Shown here piece after piece: positions 1-9,246 of a stretch of 64,000 nt of DNA. The notes under the pieces are model-generated. The model did not search any database. It had not been told where the DNA came from and saw only the letters and a list, made by a program, of their open reading frames with translations. The DNA is taken from NCBI GenBank assembly GCA_963833765.1, contig CAWHZJ010000019.1:47487-111486 (forward strand), given 5' to 3'. The translations under genes and the position numbers were made by a program. The stretch's first letter is position 1. Each line of letters begins with the position of its first letter. The DNA is from an uncultured Solirubrobacterales bacterium (GTDB taxonomy: Bacteria > Actinomycetota > Thermoleophilia > Solirubrobacterales > Solirubrobacteraceae).

Positions 1-513
1 GGCCTGACCTCGGCGAACATCCCGATGGGCGCGATGATCGCCTCCGACCGGCTTGCCGAGCCGTTTCTCGAAGGCCACGGGAGCTTCGCCCACGGCTTCA
101 CCTTCGGCGGCCATCCCGTCGCCGCCGCGGTCGCGCTGGCCAACATCGAGCTCTTCGAGCGCGAGGAGTTGTGTGCGCACGTGCGCGCCAAGGAGCCCGA
201 GTTCCGCGCGATGCTCGAGAGTCTGCGCGACATCCCGATCGTCGGCGACGTCCGCGGCGCCGGGTTCTTCCAGGCGATCGAGCTCGTCAAGGACAAGACG
301 ACGAAGGAGACCTTCGACGACGAGGAGGCCGAGCATCTGCTGCGCGGCTTCCTCTCCGGTGCTCTGTACCACCATGGGCTGATCTGCCGCACCGACGATC
401 GCGGCGACCCCGTCGTGCAGCTCGCGCCGCCGCTGATCTGCGACACCGAGCAGTTCGAGGAGATCGAGGCGGTCCTGCGCACCGTGCTGAGCGCCGCCAG
501 CGAGCTCCTCTAG
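1..513 (+). CDS. Class-III (omega) PLP aminotransferase, C-terminal fragment; 5' end lies outside the window
   Basis: Reading frame is open to the window edge. FAHGFTFGGHPVAAAVALANIELF and the C-terminal fold are typical of class-III aminotransferases. Strong GC3 bias. Confidence 0.85.
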   Translation, partial: GLTSANIPMGAMIASDRLAEPFLEGHGSFAHGFTFGGHPVAAAVALANIELFEREELCAHVRAKEPEFRAMLESLRDIPIVGDVRGAGFFQAIELVKDKTTKETFDDEEAEHLLRGFLSGALYHHGLICRTDDRGDPVVQLAPPLICDTEQFEEIEAVLRTVLSAASELL

Positions 514-531
514 GCGTCGGACGCCGCCCGC

Positions 532-2109
532 ATGCTGACGGTCAAGGATCTTGTCGGCGCGCTGGAGCTCGAGCTCGTCGCCGGCGAGCGCGCGGCGGGA
601 GCGCCGATCCGCTGGGTCCACGTATCGGAGCTCGAGGATCCTACGCCGTGGCTCTCCGGCGGCGAGCTGCTGCTGAGCACCGGGATGCAGCTGCTCGACG
701 AGGACTCGCAGCGAGCCTATGTCCGCCAACTGGTCGAGCACCACCTGGCGGGTCTCGGGTTCGGCATCGGCTTCAGCCACGAGACGTTGCCGCCGGCGCT
801 TGTCGACGAGGCCCGCGCGCTCGACTTCCCGGTGTTCTGCGTGCCCTACGCGATGCCGTTCATCGCGATCACCGAACGGGCCTTCCTCAGCCTGGTCAAC
901 GAGCAATTCGACGTGCTCCAGCGAGCCGTCTCGATCCAGCGGCGGATGGAGCGCCTGGTGCTCGACGAACGCAGCCTCGGCGAGGTCGTGCGCGGGCTGG
1001 CGAACTCGATCGGGGCGACCGTGATGGTGCTCGACGGCGCCGGGCGGACGCTCGCCTCCCATGCATTCCGGCGCGAGCTCGACGGCGCGCTGGTCGCAGC
1101 GATCCGTGCCGAGGTGGGAGCGCGGGCTCGCGCCTCCTCGCCGCGCGGCTTTGTCCCGCAGATCTCCGAGCTGGCCGGGCGCGCGATCGCGTTACCGGTA
1201 CCGAGCGGCTCACACGGCGCGGCGACGTCGTGGCTGGTCGCGGTGCCGGAGAGCGACAGCCTGGCAGACTTCGAACGCTTCCTGGCACATCACGCGGTGA
1301 TGGTGGTGGCCCTGGCGCAGATGCGCGAGCGTGTCGTCGCGGAGACCGAGCGCCGCCTCGCCGGCGACGTGCTCGGGCTGGTGCTCAGCGGCCGGATGGA
1401 CGACGACGAGGTCGCTGTTCGCCTTGCCCCGTTCGAGATCTCCGACACGGCTGCGGTACTCGTGCTCGCCGTCGCGGACCCGGAGACGCTCGAGCACGAG
1501 CTGGCGCAGATCCTCACCGATCTGGGCGCCAAGGCGCTCGTGGCGACCGTGGCGACGGCCCGCCGACGCCTGCTCTGCGCGGTGGTCGCCGGCGCCGGGG
1601 ATCCACTGGAGCTCGCCGGTGCGGCCCACGAGCAGCTCGCCACCGGCGGGCGCAGCGTCCGTGCGGCGGTTAGCCACGACGCGCCGCTGCAGATGCTGCG
1701 CCGCAGTTTCCACGAGGCGCGCTGCGCCCTCGAGGTCGGTTCGCTCGCGAACGGATCGGCACCGGCGGTCGCCTCGGCCGACGACCTCGGCGCCTACCGC
1801 CTGCTGCTCTCGCTGCAGGAGGACGACGGCCTGCGGCAGTACTGCGACGACGTGCTCAGCCCGATCGAGCGTACGCGCACCGGCAACGGCGACGAGCTGC
1901 TGCGCTCGCTCGAGGCGTTCCTCGAGCACAACGGCAGCTGGGAGGCGGCGGCGCGGGCGCTGTTCTGCCATCGCCACACGCTGCGCTACCGGATCTCGCG
2001 GATCGAGGAGCTGACCGGGCGCCGCCTCGACCGGGTCGAGAACCGGATCGAGTTCTGGCTGGCGCTGCGCGGGCGCGAGCTGCTCAGCGGCCACGGTGGC
2101 ATCCGGTGA
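532..2109 (+). CDS. PucR/CdaR-family transcriptional regulator
   Basis: 525-aa ORF. C-terminal HTH LFCHRHTLRYRISRIEELTGRRL is typical of the PucR C-terminal domain. Its stop overlaps the next start (GTGA). Confidence 0.85.
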   Translation: MLTVKDLVGALELELVAGERAAGAPIRWVHVSELEDPTPWLSGGELLLSTGMQLLDEDSQRAYVRQLVEHHLAGLGFGIGFSHETLPPALVDEARALDFPVFCVPYAMPFIAITERAFLSLVNEQFDVLQRAVSIQRRMERLVLDERSLGEVVRGLANSIGATVMVLDGAGRTLASHAFRRELDGALVAAIRAEVGARARASSPRGFVPQISELAGRAIALPVPSGSHGAATSWLVAVPESDSLADFERFLAHHAVMVVALAQMRERVVAETERRLAGDVLGLVLSGRMDDDEVAVRLAPFEISDTAAVLVLAVADPETLEHELAQILTDLGAKALVATVATARRRLLCAVVAGAGDPLELAGAAHEQLATGGRSVRAAVSHDAPLQMLRRSFHEARCALEVGSLANGSAPAVASADDLGAYRLLLSLQEDDGLRQYCDDVLSPIERTRTGNGDELLRSLEAFLEHNGSWEAAARALFCHRHTLRYRISRIEELTGRRLDRVENRIEFWLALRGRELLSGHGGIR

Positions 2110-3200
2110 GGCAGCTGCGAGTCGCGGTGCTCGGCGCCGCGGGCACGATCGCACCGGCAATCCTCGCCGACCTCGCGGCGTCCGATGAGGTGCTCAGCGT
2201 GCTCGCGCTGGATCTCGACGGCGAGAAGGTCGCGGCGGTCGCCGCGGCGCACGGGGGCGCCAAGACGCTCGCGCGCGCCGCCGATGCGAAGAACGGGCTG
2301 GCGGAGGTGCTGTCCGGTGTCGACCTGCTGATCAACGCGGCCTCCTACCGGATCAACCTCGATGCGATGCGCGCGTGCCTGGCGGCCGGCTGCCACTACT
2401 TCGACCTCGGTGGCCTCTACCACGTCACCCGCCAGCAGTTCGGGCTGCACTCGGCGTTTGCCGAGGGCGGTCGGCTGGCGCTGTTGGGGATCGGATCGAG
2501 CCCCGGCAAGACCAATCTGATGGCGCTGCGCGCGGCTCGCGAGCTCGACACCGTCGAGTCGATAGATGTCTTCGCCGGCGGCCGCGATCCAGCTCCGCGC
2601 GGAGCGTTCGCTCCGCCGTATGCCCTGCAGACGCTGCTCGACGAGCTGACGCTCGCGCCGGTCGTGCTGCGCGACGGCGTCGCCACCGAGATCGCGCCGC
2701 TGACCGTCGGTGGCGCGATCGACTACGGCGAGCCGATCGGCGTTGCACCGACGATCTACACGTTGCACTCCGAACTGGCGAGCTTCGGCGAGAGCTTCGG
2801 CTGCACGCAGGCCAGCTTCCGGCTCTCGCTCGCGCCGGCGCTCGAGGCGCGGCTGCGCGAGCTGACGCGCGCGAGCGCGTCGGAGGTCGCTGACGCGGCT
2901 CGCCAGGCGAGTCCCGCCTCCGACCAGACGGTGTCGGTGCACCTGGTCGTGGCGCGCGGCGGCGGGCGCGTCGTGCGCGTGCGGGCCCGGACCGGTCCGT
3001 ATCGGCCGTTTGGCATCGGCGGCTCGATCATCTCGACCGCCGCGCCGGCGGTCGCGGCGGCAAGGCTTCTCGCGCGAGGCGAGATCACGGCGGTGGGAGC
3101 GCTGCCGCCGGAGCAGGCGCTGGTGCCCGAGCCGCTGTTTGCCGAGCTCGAAACGCGCAGTTGCCAATTCAGCGTCGACATCGAGGAGGACGGGCCGTGA
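2106..3200 (+). CDS. Saccharopine-dehydrogenase-like NAD(P)-binding oxidoreductase
   Basis: N-terminal Rossmann motif VAVLGAAGTIAPAI. Length and layout resemble the saccharopine dehydrogenase family. GTG start overlaps the PucR stop. Family call is from memory only. Confidence 0.65.
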   Translation: MRQLRVAVLGAAGTIAPAILADLAASDEVLSVLALDLDGEKVAAVAAAHGGAKTLARAADAKNGLAEVLSGVDLLINAASYRINLDAMRACLAAGCHYFDLGGLYHVTRQQFGLHSAFAEGGRLALLGIGSSPGKTNLMALRAARELDTVESIDVFAGGRDPAPRGAFAPPYALQTLLDELTLAPVVLRDGVATEIAPLTVGGAIDYGEPIGVAPTIYTLHSELASFGESFGCTQASFRLSLAPALEARLRELTRASASEVADAARQASPASDQTVSVHLVVARGGGRVVRVRARTGPYRPFGIGGSIISTAAPAVAAARLLARGEITAVGALPPEQALVPEPLFAELETRSCQFSVDIEEDGP

Positions 3201-4324
3201 AGGTTGGGATACCGGGCGAGACAAAGGTCGACGAGTACCGCGTGTCGATGACGCCGGCGGGCGTTCGCGAGCTGACCGAGCACGGGCACGACGTGGTGAT
3301 CCAGCAGGGCGCCGGCGTGGCCAGCGGTTTCGGCGATGCCCACTACATCGCGCAGGGCGCGACGATCGCAGCGGACGCCGACGGCGTCTTCTCGACCGCC
3401 GAGATGATCGTCAAGGTCAAGGAGCCGCTCGACCACGAGGTCGCGCGGCTGCGTCCCGGCCAGATCCTTTTCACCTACCTGCACCTCGCGCCGGCGCCGG
3501 CGTTGACGCGCGGGCTGTGCGATGCCGGCGTGACCGCGATCGCCTACGAGACGGTCGAGGATCGCCATGGACGCTTGCCGCTGCTCGCGCCGATGTCGGA
3601 GATCGCCGGGCGGCTCGCGACGCAGGCTGGCGCCTACATGCTGTCCAAGCCGCTCGGCGGCCGCGGGGTGCTGCTCGGCGGCGTCCCGGGCGTCGCCGCC
3701 GCGAACGTGATGATCATCGGCGGTGGGAGCGTTGGCCTGAATGCCGCGGCGGTGGCGATCGGGATGGGCGCCGACGTGTTCATCTTCGATGTGTCGATCG
3801 ACCGCCTGCGCGAGCTGGAGGCCGTCTTCGGCGGACGCTGCTCGACGGTCCACTCCTCGACGCTCGCGATCGAGGAGCTGCTTCCGCGCACCGATCTGGT
3901 GATCGGCGCGGTGCTCGTGGTCGGCGATCGCGCGCCGTTCGTGATCCGTGCCAGCCAGCTCGGGCTGATGCGCCCGGGCACCGTGATGGTGGACGTCGCG
4001 ATCGACCAGGGAGGCTGCTTTGAGACCTCGCGGCCGACGACGCACCACGAGCCCACCTTCGAGGTCGACGGCATCACGCACTACTGCGTCACGAACATGC
4101 CCGGGGCGGTGCCGGTCACCTCGACCAACGCGCTCGCCAACTCGACGCTTCCCTACGTGCTCGCACTCGCCGAAAAGGGCGTGGTGGGCGCGATCCACGC
4201 CGACCCGGGGCTGCGCCCGGGAGTCAACGTCGCCGCGGGCGTGCCGACCCACCCGGCGGTCGCGCGCAGCGTCGGGGAAGAATGTGTCGACGTCGAAGCG
4301 GCGCTCGCCGCGGCGGTCAACTAA
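3197..4324 (+). CDS. ald: L-alanine dehydrogenase
   Basis: In-frame GTG at 3197 overlaps the upstream stop (GTGA). [27 protein letters not shown] is the canonical Ald N-terminus, and the NAD motif [12 protein letters not shown] is present. The ORF-track N-terminal extension from 3161 is rejected. Confidence 0.9.
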   Translation: MKVGIPGETKVDEYRVSMTPAGVRELTEHGHDVVIQQGAGVASGFGDAHYIAQGATIAADADGVFSTAEMIVKVKEPLDHEVARLRPGQILFTYLHLAPAPALTRGLCDAGVTAIAYETVEDRHGRLPLLAPMSEIAGRLATQAGAYMLSKPLGGRGVLLGGVPGVAAANVMIIGGGSVGLNAAAVAIGMGADVFIFDVSIDRLRELEAVFGGRCSTVHSSTLAIEELLPRTDLVIGAVLVVGDRAPFVIRASQLGLMRPGTVMVDVAIDQGGCFETSRPTTHHEPTFEVDGITHYCVTNMPGAVPVTSTNALANSTLPYVLALAEKGVVGAIHADPGLRPGVNVAAGVPTHPAVARSVGEECVDVEAALAAAVN

Positions 4325-4361
4325 GGGTTACCCGTTGGGGCCCACGACGAGAGGAATCGCG

Positions 4362-5792
4362 ATGCGCACGCTTGAGAACTTCATCGATGGTGCCTTCCGG
4401 CCGGCGCTCGACGGCGGCACCGAGCCGGTGCTCAACCCGGCGACGGGCGAGGAGATCGCGCAGGCGCCGCTGTCGGGCGCGGCCGACATCGACACGGCGG
4501 TCGCGGCGGCCCGGCGAGCGTTCGAGAGCTGGTCGCAGACCACGCCGGCGGCGCGCGCCGAGGCGCTGCTCGCGATCGCCGGTGCGATCGAGGAGCACGG
4601 CGAGGAGCTGGCCCGCGACGAGGCGATCAATGCCGGCAAGCCACTCGCGGCGGTACTGGGCGACGAGATCGGCGTGATGGCTGACAACCTGCGCTTCTTC
4701 GCCGGCGCGGCGCGCTGCATGGAGGGCCGCGCAGCCGGCGAGTACATGGACGGACACACCTCGTTCATTCGGCGCGAGCCGGTTGGCGTGATCGGCCAGG
4801 TGACTCCCTGGAACTACCCACTGCTGATGGCGGTCTGGAAGATCGGGCCGGCGCTCGCGACCGGCAACACGATCGTCCTCAAGCCGGCCGAGACGACGCC
4901 GGTGACGACGCTGCGGCTCGCCGAGCTCGCGGCCGAGTGGCTGCCCGCCGGTGTCCTCAACGTGGTCTGCGGGCACGGCGAACCGGCGGGCCAGCCGCTG
5001 GTCGAGCACCCCGACGTCGACATGGTCTCGCTGACCGGTTCGGTCGACACCGGCAAGCGGATCGCCGCGGCGGCGTCGGCGACGCTCAAGCGCGTCCACC
5101 TCGAGCTGGGCGGCAAGGCACCCGTGATCGTGTTCGACGACGTCGATCTGGACAGCGCGCTGGAGACGATCGCCGGCACCGGCTACTACAACGCCGGCCA
5201 GGACTGCACGGCCGCCACGCGCGTGCTGGCCAGTTCGAAGGTCTACGACGACGTCGTCGCCGGCCTGGTCTCGCAGGCTGCCGGCTTCGTGCTCGGCGAC
5301 ACGCTCTCGCCGGAGACGACGCTCGGGCCGCTGAACTCCGCACGCCAGCGCTCGCGCGTCGAGGGCCTGCTGGAACGCCGCCCGAAGACCGCCGAGCTGG
5401 TGACCGGCGGGCGCGAGCCGGACGGACCCGGGTTCTTCCTCGAGCCGGCGGTCGTCGCCGGCCTGGCACAGGATGACGAGATGATCCAGCGCGAGATCTT
5501 CGGCCCGGTGATCACCGTCCAGCGCTTCACCGACGAGGCGGAGGCAATCGCCTGGGGCAACGGCACGCCCTACGGGCTGGCATCGTCGGTCTGGACCCGC
5601 GACGTCGGGCGCGCCCTGCGGGTCGCCAAGGCGCTGCGCTTCGGCTGCGTGTGGATCAACGACCACATCCCGCTGGTTAGCGAGATGCCGCACGGCGGCT
5701 TCAAGCAGTCCGGCTACGGCAAGGACCTGTCGATGTACTCACTCGAGGACTACACCGTCGTCAAGCACGTGATGGCCAACATCGACTTCTGA
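4362..5792 (+). CDS. NAD-dependent aldehyde dehydrogenase (gamma-aminobutyraldehyde dehydrogenase-like)
   Basis: In-frame ATG at 4362 follows the ald stop. ALDH motifs are present: VTPWNYPL, catalytic [16 protein letters not shown] and EIFGPV. The Arg-rich ORF extension 4020-4361 overlaps ald and is rejected. Confidence 0.9.
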   Translation: MRTLENFIDGAFRPALDGGTEPVLNPATGEEIAQAPLSGAADIDTAVAAARRAFESWSQTTPAARAEALLAIAGAIEEHGEELARDEAINAGKPLAAVLGDEIGVMADNLRFFAGAARCMEGRAAGEYMDGHTSFIRREPVGVIGQVTPWNYPLLMAVWKIGPALATGNTIVLKPAETTPVTTLRLAELAAEWLPAGVLNVVCGHGEPAGQPLVEHPDVDMVSLTGSVDTGKRIAAAASATLKRVHLELGGKAPVIVFDDVDLDSALETIAGTGYYNAGQDCTAATRVLASSKVYDDVVAGLVSQAAGFVLGDTLSPETTLGPLNSARQRSRVEGLLERRPKTAELVTGGREPDGPGFFLEPAVVAGLAQDDEMIQREIFGPVITVQRFTDEAEAIAWGNGTPYGLASSVWTRDVGRALRVAKALRFGCVWINDHIPLVSEMPHGGFKQSGYGKDLSMYSLEDYTVVKHVMANIDF

Positions 5793-5803
5793 ACCGGCCC
5801 CGC

Positions 5804-6406
5804 TCAACGCGGCGGGAGTGCGCCAGGATCCGGTGTGCGCAGGGCATCGGCGAGCAGCGCCAGGTAGCGGTGCCAGCTCGCCGGGCCCGCGCAGTCGTTG
5901 TCGTGCGAGATCGTCGTCGCGACCATGCGCATCAGCACCGGCAGCTCGAGCGGGTCGAGATCCGCTCGCAGCGCGCCGCTCGCCTGGGCGCGCGCGAACA
6001 GGCCGCACAGCGGGGCGAAGACACGCTCGCGCAGTTCGCTCTTGAGCTCGCTCAGGGCACCGGCCTCGGCGAGCACCTCCACGAACGCCATGTTGCGCGC
6101 CTGAACGTCGAGCATGGCGCGCATGCCGGCGAGCAGCCCCTCCCACGGATCGGCGGCGGCGACCGCCGTCGCGATCGCGGGTTCGAGCTCGGCGAGGCGG
6201 ACGTCGAAGATCGCCCGCAGCAGCTGCTGCTTGCTCGGGAAGCGGCGGTAGAGCGTCGCGGGCCCGACCTGGGCCCGGCGCGCGATCTCCTCCATCGTCA
6301 CGTGGAGGCCCTGCTCGGCGAACGCAGCATGCGCGGCGTCGATGATCCGGTCGTGGTTGCGCTGCGCGTCGACGCGCAGCGGCCGGTCGCTCGTCGATGT
6401 AGCCAT
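5804..6406 (-). CDS. TetR/AcrR-family transcriptional regulator
   Basis: 200 aa. N-terminal HTH TMEEIARRAQVGPATLYRRFPSKQQLL. Divergent from the MMPL transporter gene. Confidence 0.85.
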   Translation of the reverse strand: MATSTSDRPLRVDAQRNHDRIIDAAHAAFAEQGLHVTMEEIARRAQVGPATLYRRFPSKQQLLRAIFDVRLAELEPAIATAVAAADPWEGLLAGMRAMLDVQARNMAFVEVLAEAGALSELKSELRERVFAPLCGLFARAQASGALRADLDPLELPVLMRMVATTISHDNDCAGPASWHRYLALLADALRTPDPGALPPR

Positions 6407-6501
6407 CTTGTGACCAATGTTACCAAAGTGGAGTGGTGTCTCTCACTTGTGCTAGCCTAGCGGCGAAACGTCCCCGTACAGCTTGCGAAGGGTAGGTCGA
6501 C

Positions 6502-8652
6502 ATGAGAGCGCTTGCGAGATGGTGCATCGCACACCGCCGGACCGTGGTCGTGGGGTGGGTCGTCGCGCTCGTCGCGGCCAACGCGATCGGCTCAGCCGTC
6601 GGCTCGACCTACAACAGCAACTACCGGGGGCCTAGCAGCGCCGGCTCACAACAGGCGATCAACCTGCTGCAGAAGAGCTTCCCGGCACGCCGCGGTGACT
6701 CGGCGTCGATCGTGTTCGACGCGCGGGCGGCGGTCGCCAGCCCGGCGGTGCGCGGCGAGATCAGCACGCTGTTGACGCGGATCGCGGCCCTCCCGCACGT
6801 CACCGAGGTCATCTCGCCTTACGCCGTGGCACACGCGATCTCCCCGGGCGGGCACATCGCCTACGCCAGCGTCCTGTTCGACGAACGGTCGTTTGCGCTG
6901 CCGACGTCGGCGATCCAGCGGGTGATCAACACGGCCGAGCACGCGCGGACCCCGGCGCTCGCGATCCAGCTCGGCGGACCGCCGATCGAGCAGGTCGAGC
7001 CGCCGAAGACCGGGCCGGCGACGATCATCGGCATCCTGGCCGCGATGATCATCCTGCTGATCACCTTCGGCACCGCCGTCGCCGCCGGGCTGCCGCTGAT
7101 CACCGCGCTGCTCGCCCTGGGCACCGCGATCGGCCTGATCGCGGTCCTCACGCACGTGATCGACGTCGTCAACTTCACCCCGGAGCTCGCGGCGATGATC
7201 GGCCTGGGCGTCGGCATCGACTACGCGCTGTTCATGGTCACCCGCTACCGCGCCGGCCTCGACGCCGGGCTCGAGCCCGATGAGGCGATCGTCACGGCGA
7301 TGGACACCTCGGGGCGTGCGGTGCTGTTCGCCGGGGTCGTCGTCGTGATCGCGATGCTCGGGCAGCTGCTCGTCGGCGTCAGCTTCCTGCGCGGCCCGGC
7401 GGTTGCGTCATCGCTCACGGTGCTGTTGACAATGACCGCAGCGCTGACCCTGCTGCCGGCCGTGCTCTCGAAGCTGGGGCGCGGGATCGACCGCTGGGAT
7501 CCCTTCGGGCTGCGCCGGCGAAGCCGTGGCGGTCCCGGCTTCTGGGAGCGCTGGGCCGCGCTGATCCAGCGCCGCCCGCTGATCGCGGCGCTCGCCTCGC
7601 TGGCGATCCTGCTCGTGCTCGCCTCACCGATCCTCGCGCTGCGCCTGGGGTCGGCCGATGCCGGCACCGACGCGAAGGGGACGACGACGCGCCAGGCCTA
7701 CGACCTGCTCGCGCAGGGCTTCGGGCCCGGGTTCAACGGTCCGATGCAGATCGTCGCCCAACTGCCCGCGCCCGGCGACAGCGCTGCCGTGGCCGCGCTC
7801 CGCGCCGGCTTTGTCGGCCAGCCGGATGTCGCGGCCGTCGCGCCGGCGATCTACAGCCCAACCGGCAGCCTGGCGGTCATCAGCGTCTTCCCGAAGACCG
7901 CGCCTCAGGACGCCGCGACGTCGACGCTCCTGACACGACTGCGCAACGACGTGATCCCGCCGCTTGAGCGCAGCACGAAGGCAACCGTCTACGTCGGCGG
8001 GACGACGGCGCTGTTTGCCGACTTCAGCAGCCTGCTCTCGAGCAAGCTGCCGCTGTTCATCGGCGCCGTCGTGCTGATCTCGGCGTTGCTGCTGCTCGTC
8101 GTGTTCCGCTCGGTGTTCGTCGCGCTCAAGGCGATCGCGATGAACCTGCTGAGCGTGGCCGCCGCGTTCGGCGTCGTCGTGGCGATCTTCCAGTGGGGCT
8201 GGCTCGGGGGCGTGATCGGCATCTCGACGACCTCGCCGATTGCGGCATTCCTGCCGGTGATGGTGTTCGCCGTCGTCTTCGGCCTGTCGATGGACTATGA
8301 GGTGTTCCTGATGTCGCGGATGCACGAGGAGTGGGAGCGCACCGGCGACGCAGCGTATGCGATGCGCCACGGGCTCGCGGCGACGGGACGGGTGATCACC
8401 GCCGCGGCGGCGATCATGGTCTGCGTGTTCGCCTCCTTCATCCTCGGTGACAGCCTGACGATCAAGCTGTTCGGCGTCGGGCTGGCCTCGGCGGTGTTCC
8501 TCGACGCGTTCCTGATCCGCGCCGTGCTCGTTCCCGCGCTGATGGCGCTGATGGGCCCGCGCGCCTGGTGGCTGCCGCGTCGACTCGACCGCAGGCTGCC
8601 GCGGCTGAACGTCGATCCGACGCTCCACGAGCCCTCGCCCGAGCCGGCCTGA
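6502..8652 (+). CDS. MMPL-family (RND superfamily) membrane transporter
   Basis: 716 aa. Two blocks of about 6 TM helices are separated by soluble loops. The GVGIDYALFMVTRYR and GLSMDYEVFLMSRMHEE motifs are duplicated as in MMPL proteins. Confidence 0.85.
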   Translation: MRALARWCIAHRRTVVVGWVVALVAANAIGSAVGSTYNSNYRGPSSAGSQQAINLLQKSFPARRGDSASIVFDARAAVASPAVRGEISTLLTRIAALPHVTEVISPYAVAHAISPGGHIAYASVLFDERSFALPTSAIQRVINTAEHARTPALAIQLGGPPIEQVEPPKTGPATIIGILAAMIILLITFGTAVAAGLPLITALLALGTAIGLIAVLTHVIDVVNFTPELAAMIGLGVGIDYALFMVTRYRAGLDAGLEPDEAIVTAMDTSGRAVLFAGVVVVIAMLGQLLVGVSFLRGPAVASSLTVLLTMTAALTLLPAVLSKLGRGIDRWDPFGLRRRSRGGPGFWERWAALIQRRPLIAALASLAILLVLASPILALRLGSADAGTDAKGTTTRQAYDLLAQGFGPGFNGPMQIVAQLPAPGDSAAVAALRAGFVGQPDVAAVAPAIYSPTGSLAVISVFPKTAPQDAATSTLLTRLRNDVIPPLERSTKATVYVGGTTALFADFSSLLSSKLPLFIGAVVLISALLLLVVFRSVFVALKAIAMNLLSVAAAFGVVVAIFQWGWLGGVIGISTTSPIAAFLPVMVFAVVFGLSMDYEVFLMSRMHEEWERTGDAAYAMRHGLAATGRVITAAAAIMVCVFASFILGDSLTIKLFGVGLASAVFLDAFLIRAVLVPALMALMGPRAWWLPRRLDRRLPRLNVDPTLHEPSPEPA

Positions 8653-8686
8653 GCGCGGCTCGGCGGCAGCAGCGCGCACGTTGGGC

Positions 8687-9157
8687 CTAGCCCGTGCGGA
8701 TCAGCGGTTCCACCGCTCCGGGGCCGGGGCTGGCCTCGACGTCGCGCGGCCCGATCGGCTCGCCGCAGGCTGAGCACACCAGCTGGGCTTCCGATATCTG
8801 GCCGCAGTCCTTGTGGATCACTTGGAGTGGCGGGCCGTTCGGCGCGGCGTACTTGTCGCCCCACTGGCGCATCGTCGTGATCACTGGCCACAGGTCGCGG
8901 CCCTTGTCGGTCAGCCGATATTCGAATCTCGGTGGGTGTTCGCTGTAGGGCACCTTGGTCAGCACGCCGGTCTCGACGAGACGGGCGAGTCGCTGATTGA
9001 GGATGTTGCGGGAGATGCCAAGGCGCGACTGGAACTGGTCAAAGCGCCTGACCCCGAGGAACGCGTCACGGACGATCAGCAGCGACCACCACTCGCCCAC
9101 CACCTCCAGGCACTGGGCGACGGAGCAGTGCATCTCGGAAAAGCTCTTGCGGTCCAT
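8687..9157 (-). CDS. HxlR-family winged-helix transcriptional regulator
   Basis: CSVAQCLEVVGEWWSLLIVRDAFLGVRRFDQFQSRLGISRNILNQRLARLVETGVL...YRLTDKGRDL is a typical HxlR fold. Divergent from the MFS gene. Confidence 0.85.
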   Translation of the reverse strand: MDRKSFSEMHCSVAQCLEVVGEWWSLLIVRDAFLGVRRFDQFQSRLGISRNILNQRLARLVETGVLTKVPYSEHPPRFEYRLTDKGRDLWPVITTMRQWGDKYAAPNGPPLQVIHKDCGQISEAQLVCSACGEPIGPRDVEASPGPGAVEPLIRTG

Positions 9158-9172
9158 GACATCAGGATAGTG

Positions 9173-9194
9173 GGTTGCGTCATAGAACGCAACC
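9173..9194. promoter_or_regulatory. Inverted repeat GGTTGCG-N8-CGCAACC in the hxlR/MFS divergent region; candidate operator
   Basis: Perfect 7-bp arms read directly from the sequence, 16 nt from the hxlR start codon. No functional evidence. Confidence 0.3.
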
Positions 9195-9246
9195 TGGTAG
9201 GGTGGGTTCCGTAATGGAACTGTCAGGTGGCCTGGAGGGAGAAACG

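Noticed and set aside
171-1673. 500-aa ORF in an alternative frame over the aminotransferase/PucR genes, with an Arg/Ala/Pro/Gly-rich translation.
   Set aside because: Typical spurious long ORF in high-GC DNA. It has low-complexity composition and no recognisable motif, and it overlaps well-supported genes.
1986-4252. Two long minus-strand ORFs (1986-3224 and 2756-4252), antisense to the SDH-like and ald genes.
   Set aside because: The translations are Arg-rich and low-complexity, while the sense-strand genes have clear family motifs and GC3 bias.
4020-4361. 114-aa N-terminal extension of the aldehyde dehydrogenase ORF.
   Set aside because: It overlaps the end of ald in another frame and is Arg/Ser/Pro-rich. 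The conserved ALDH N-terminus begins at the ATG at 4362.
6407-6501. Search for a TetR operator palindrome in the tetR/MMPL divergent region.
   Set aside because: Only imperfect partial symmetry is present around CCAATGTTACCAAAGTGG, which is not convincing enough to annotate.
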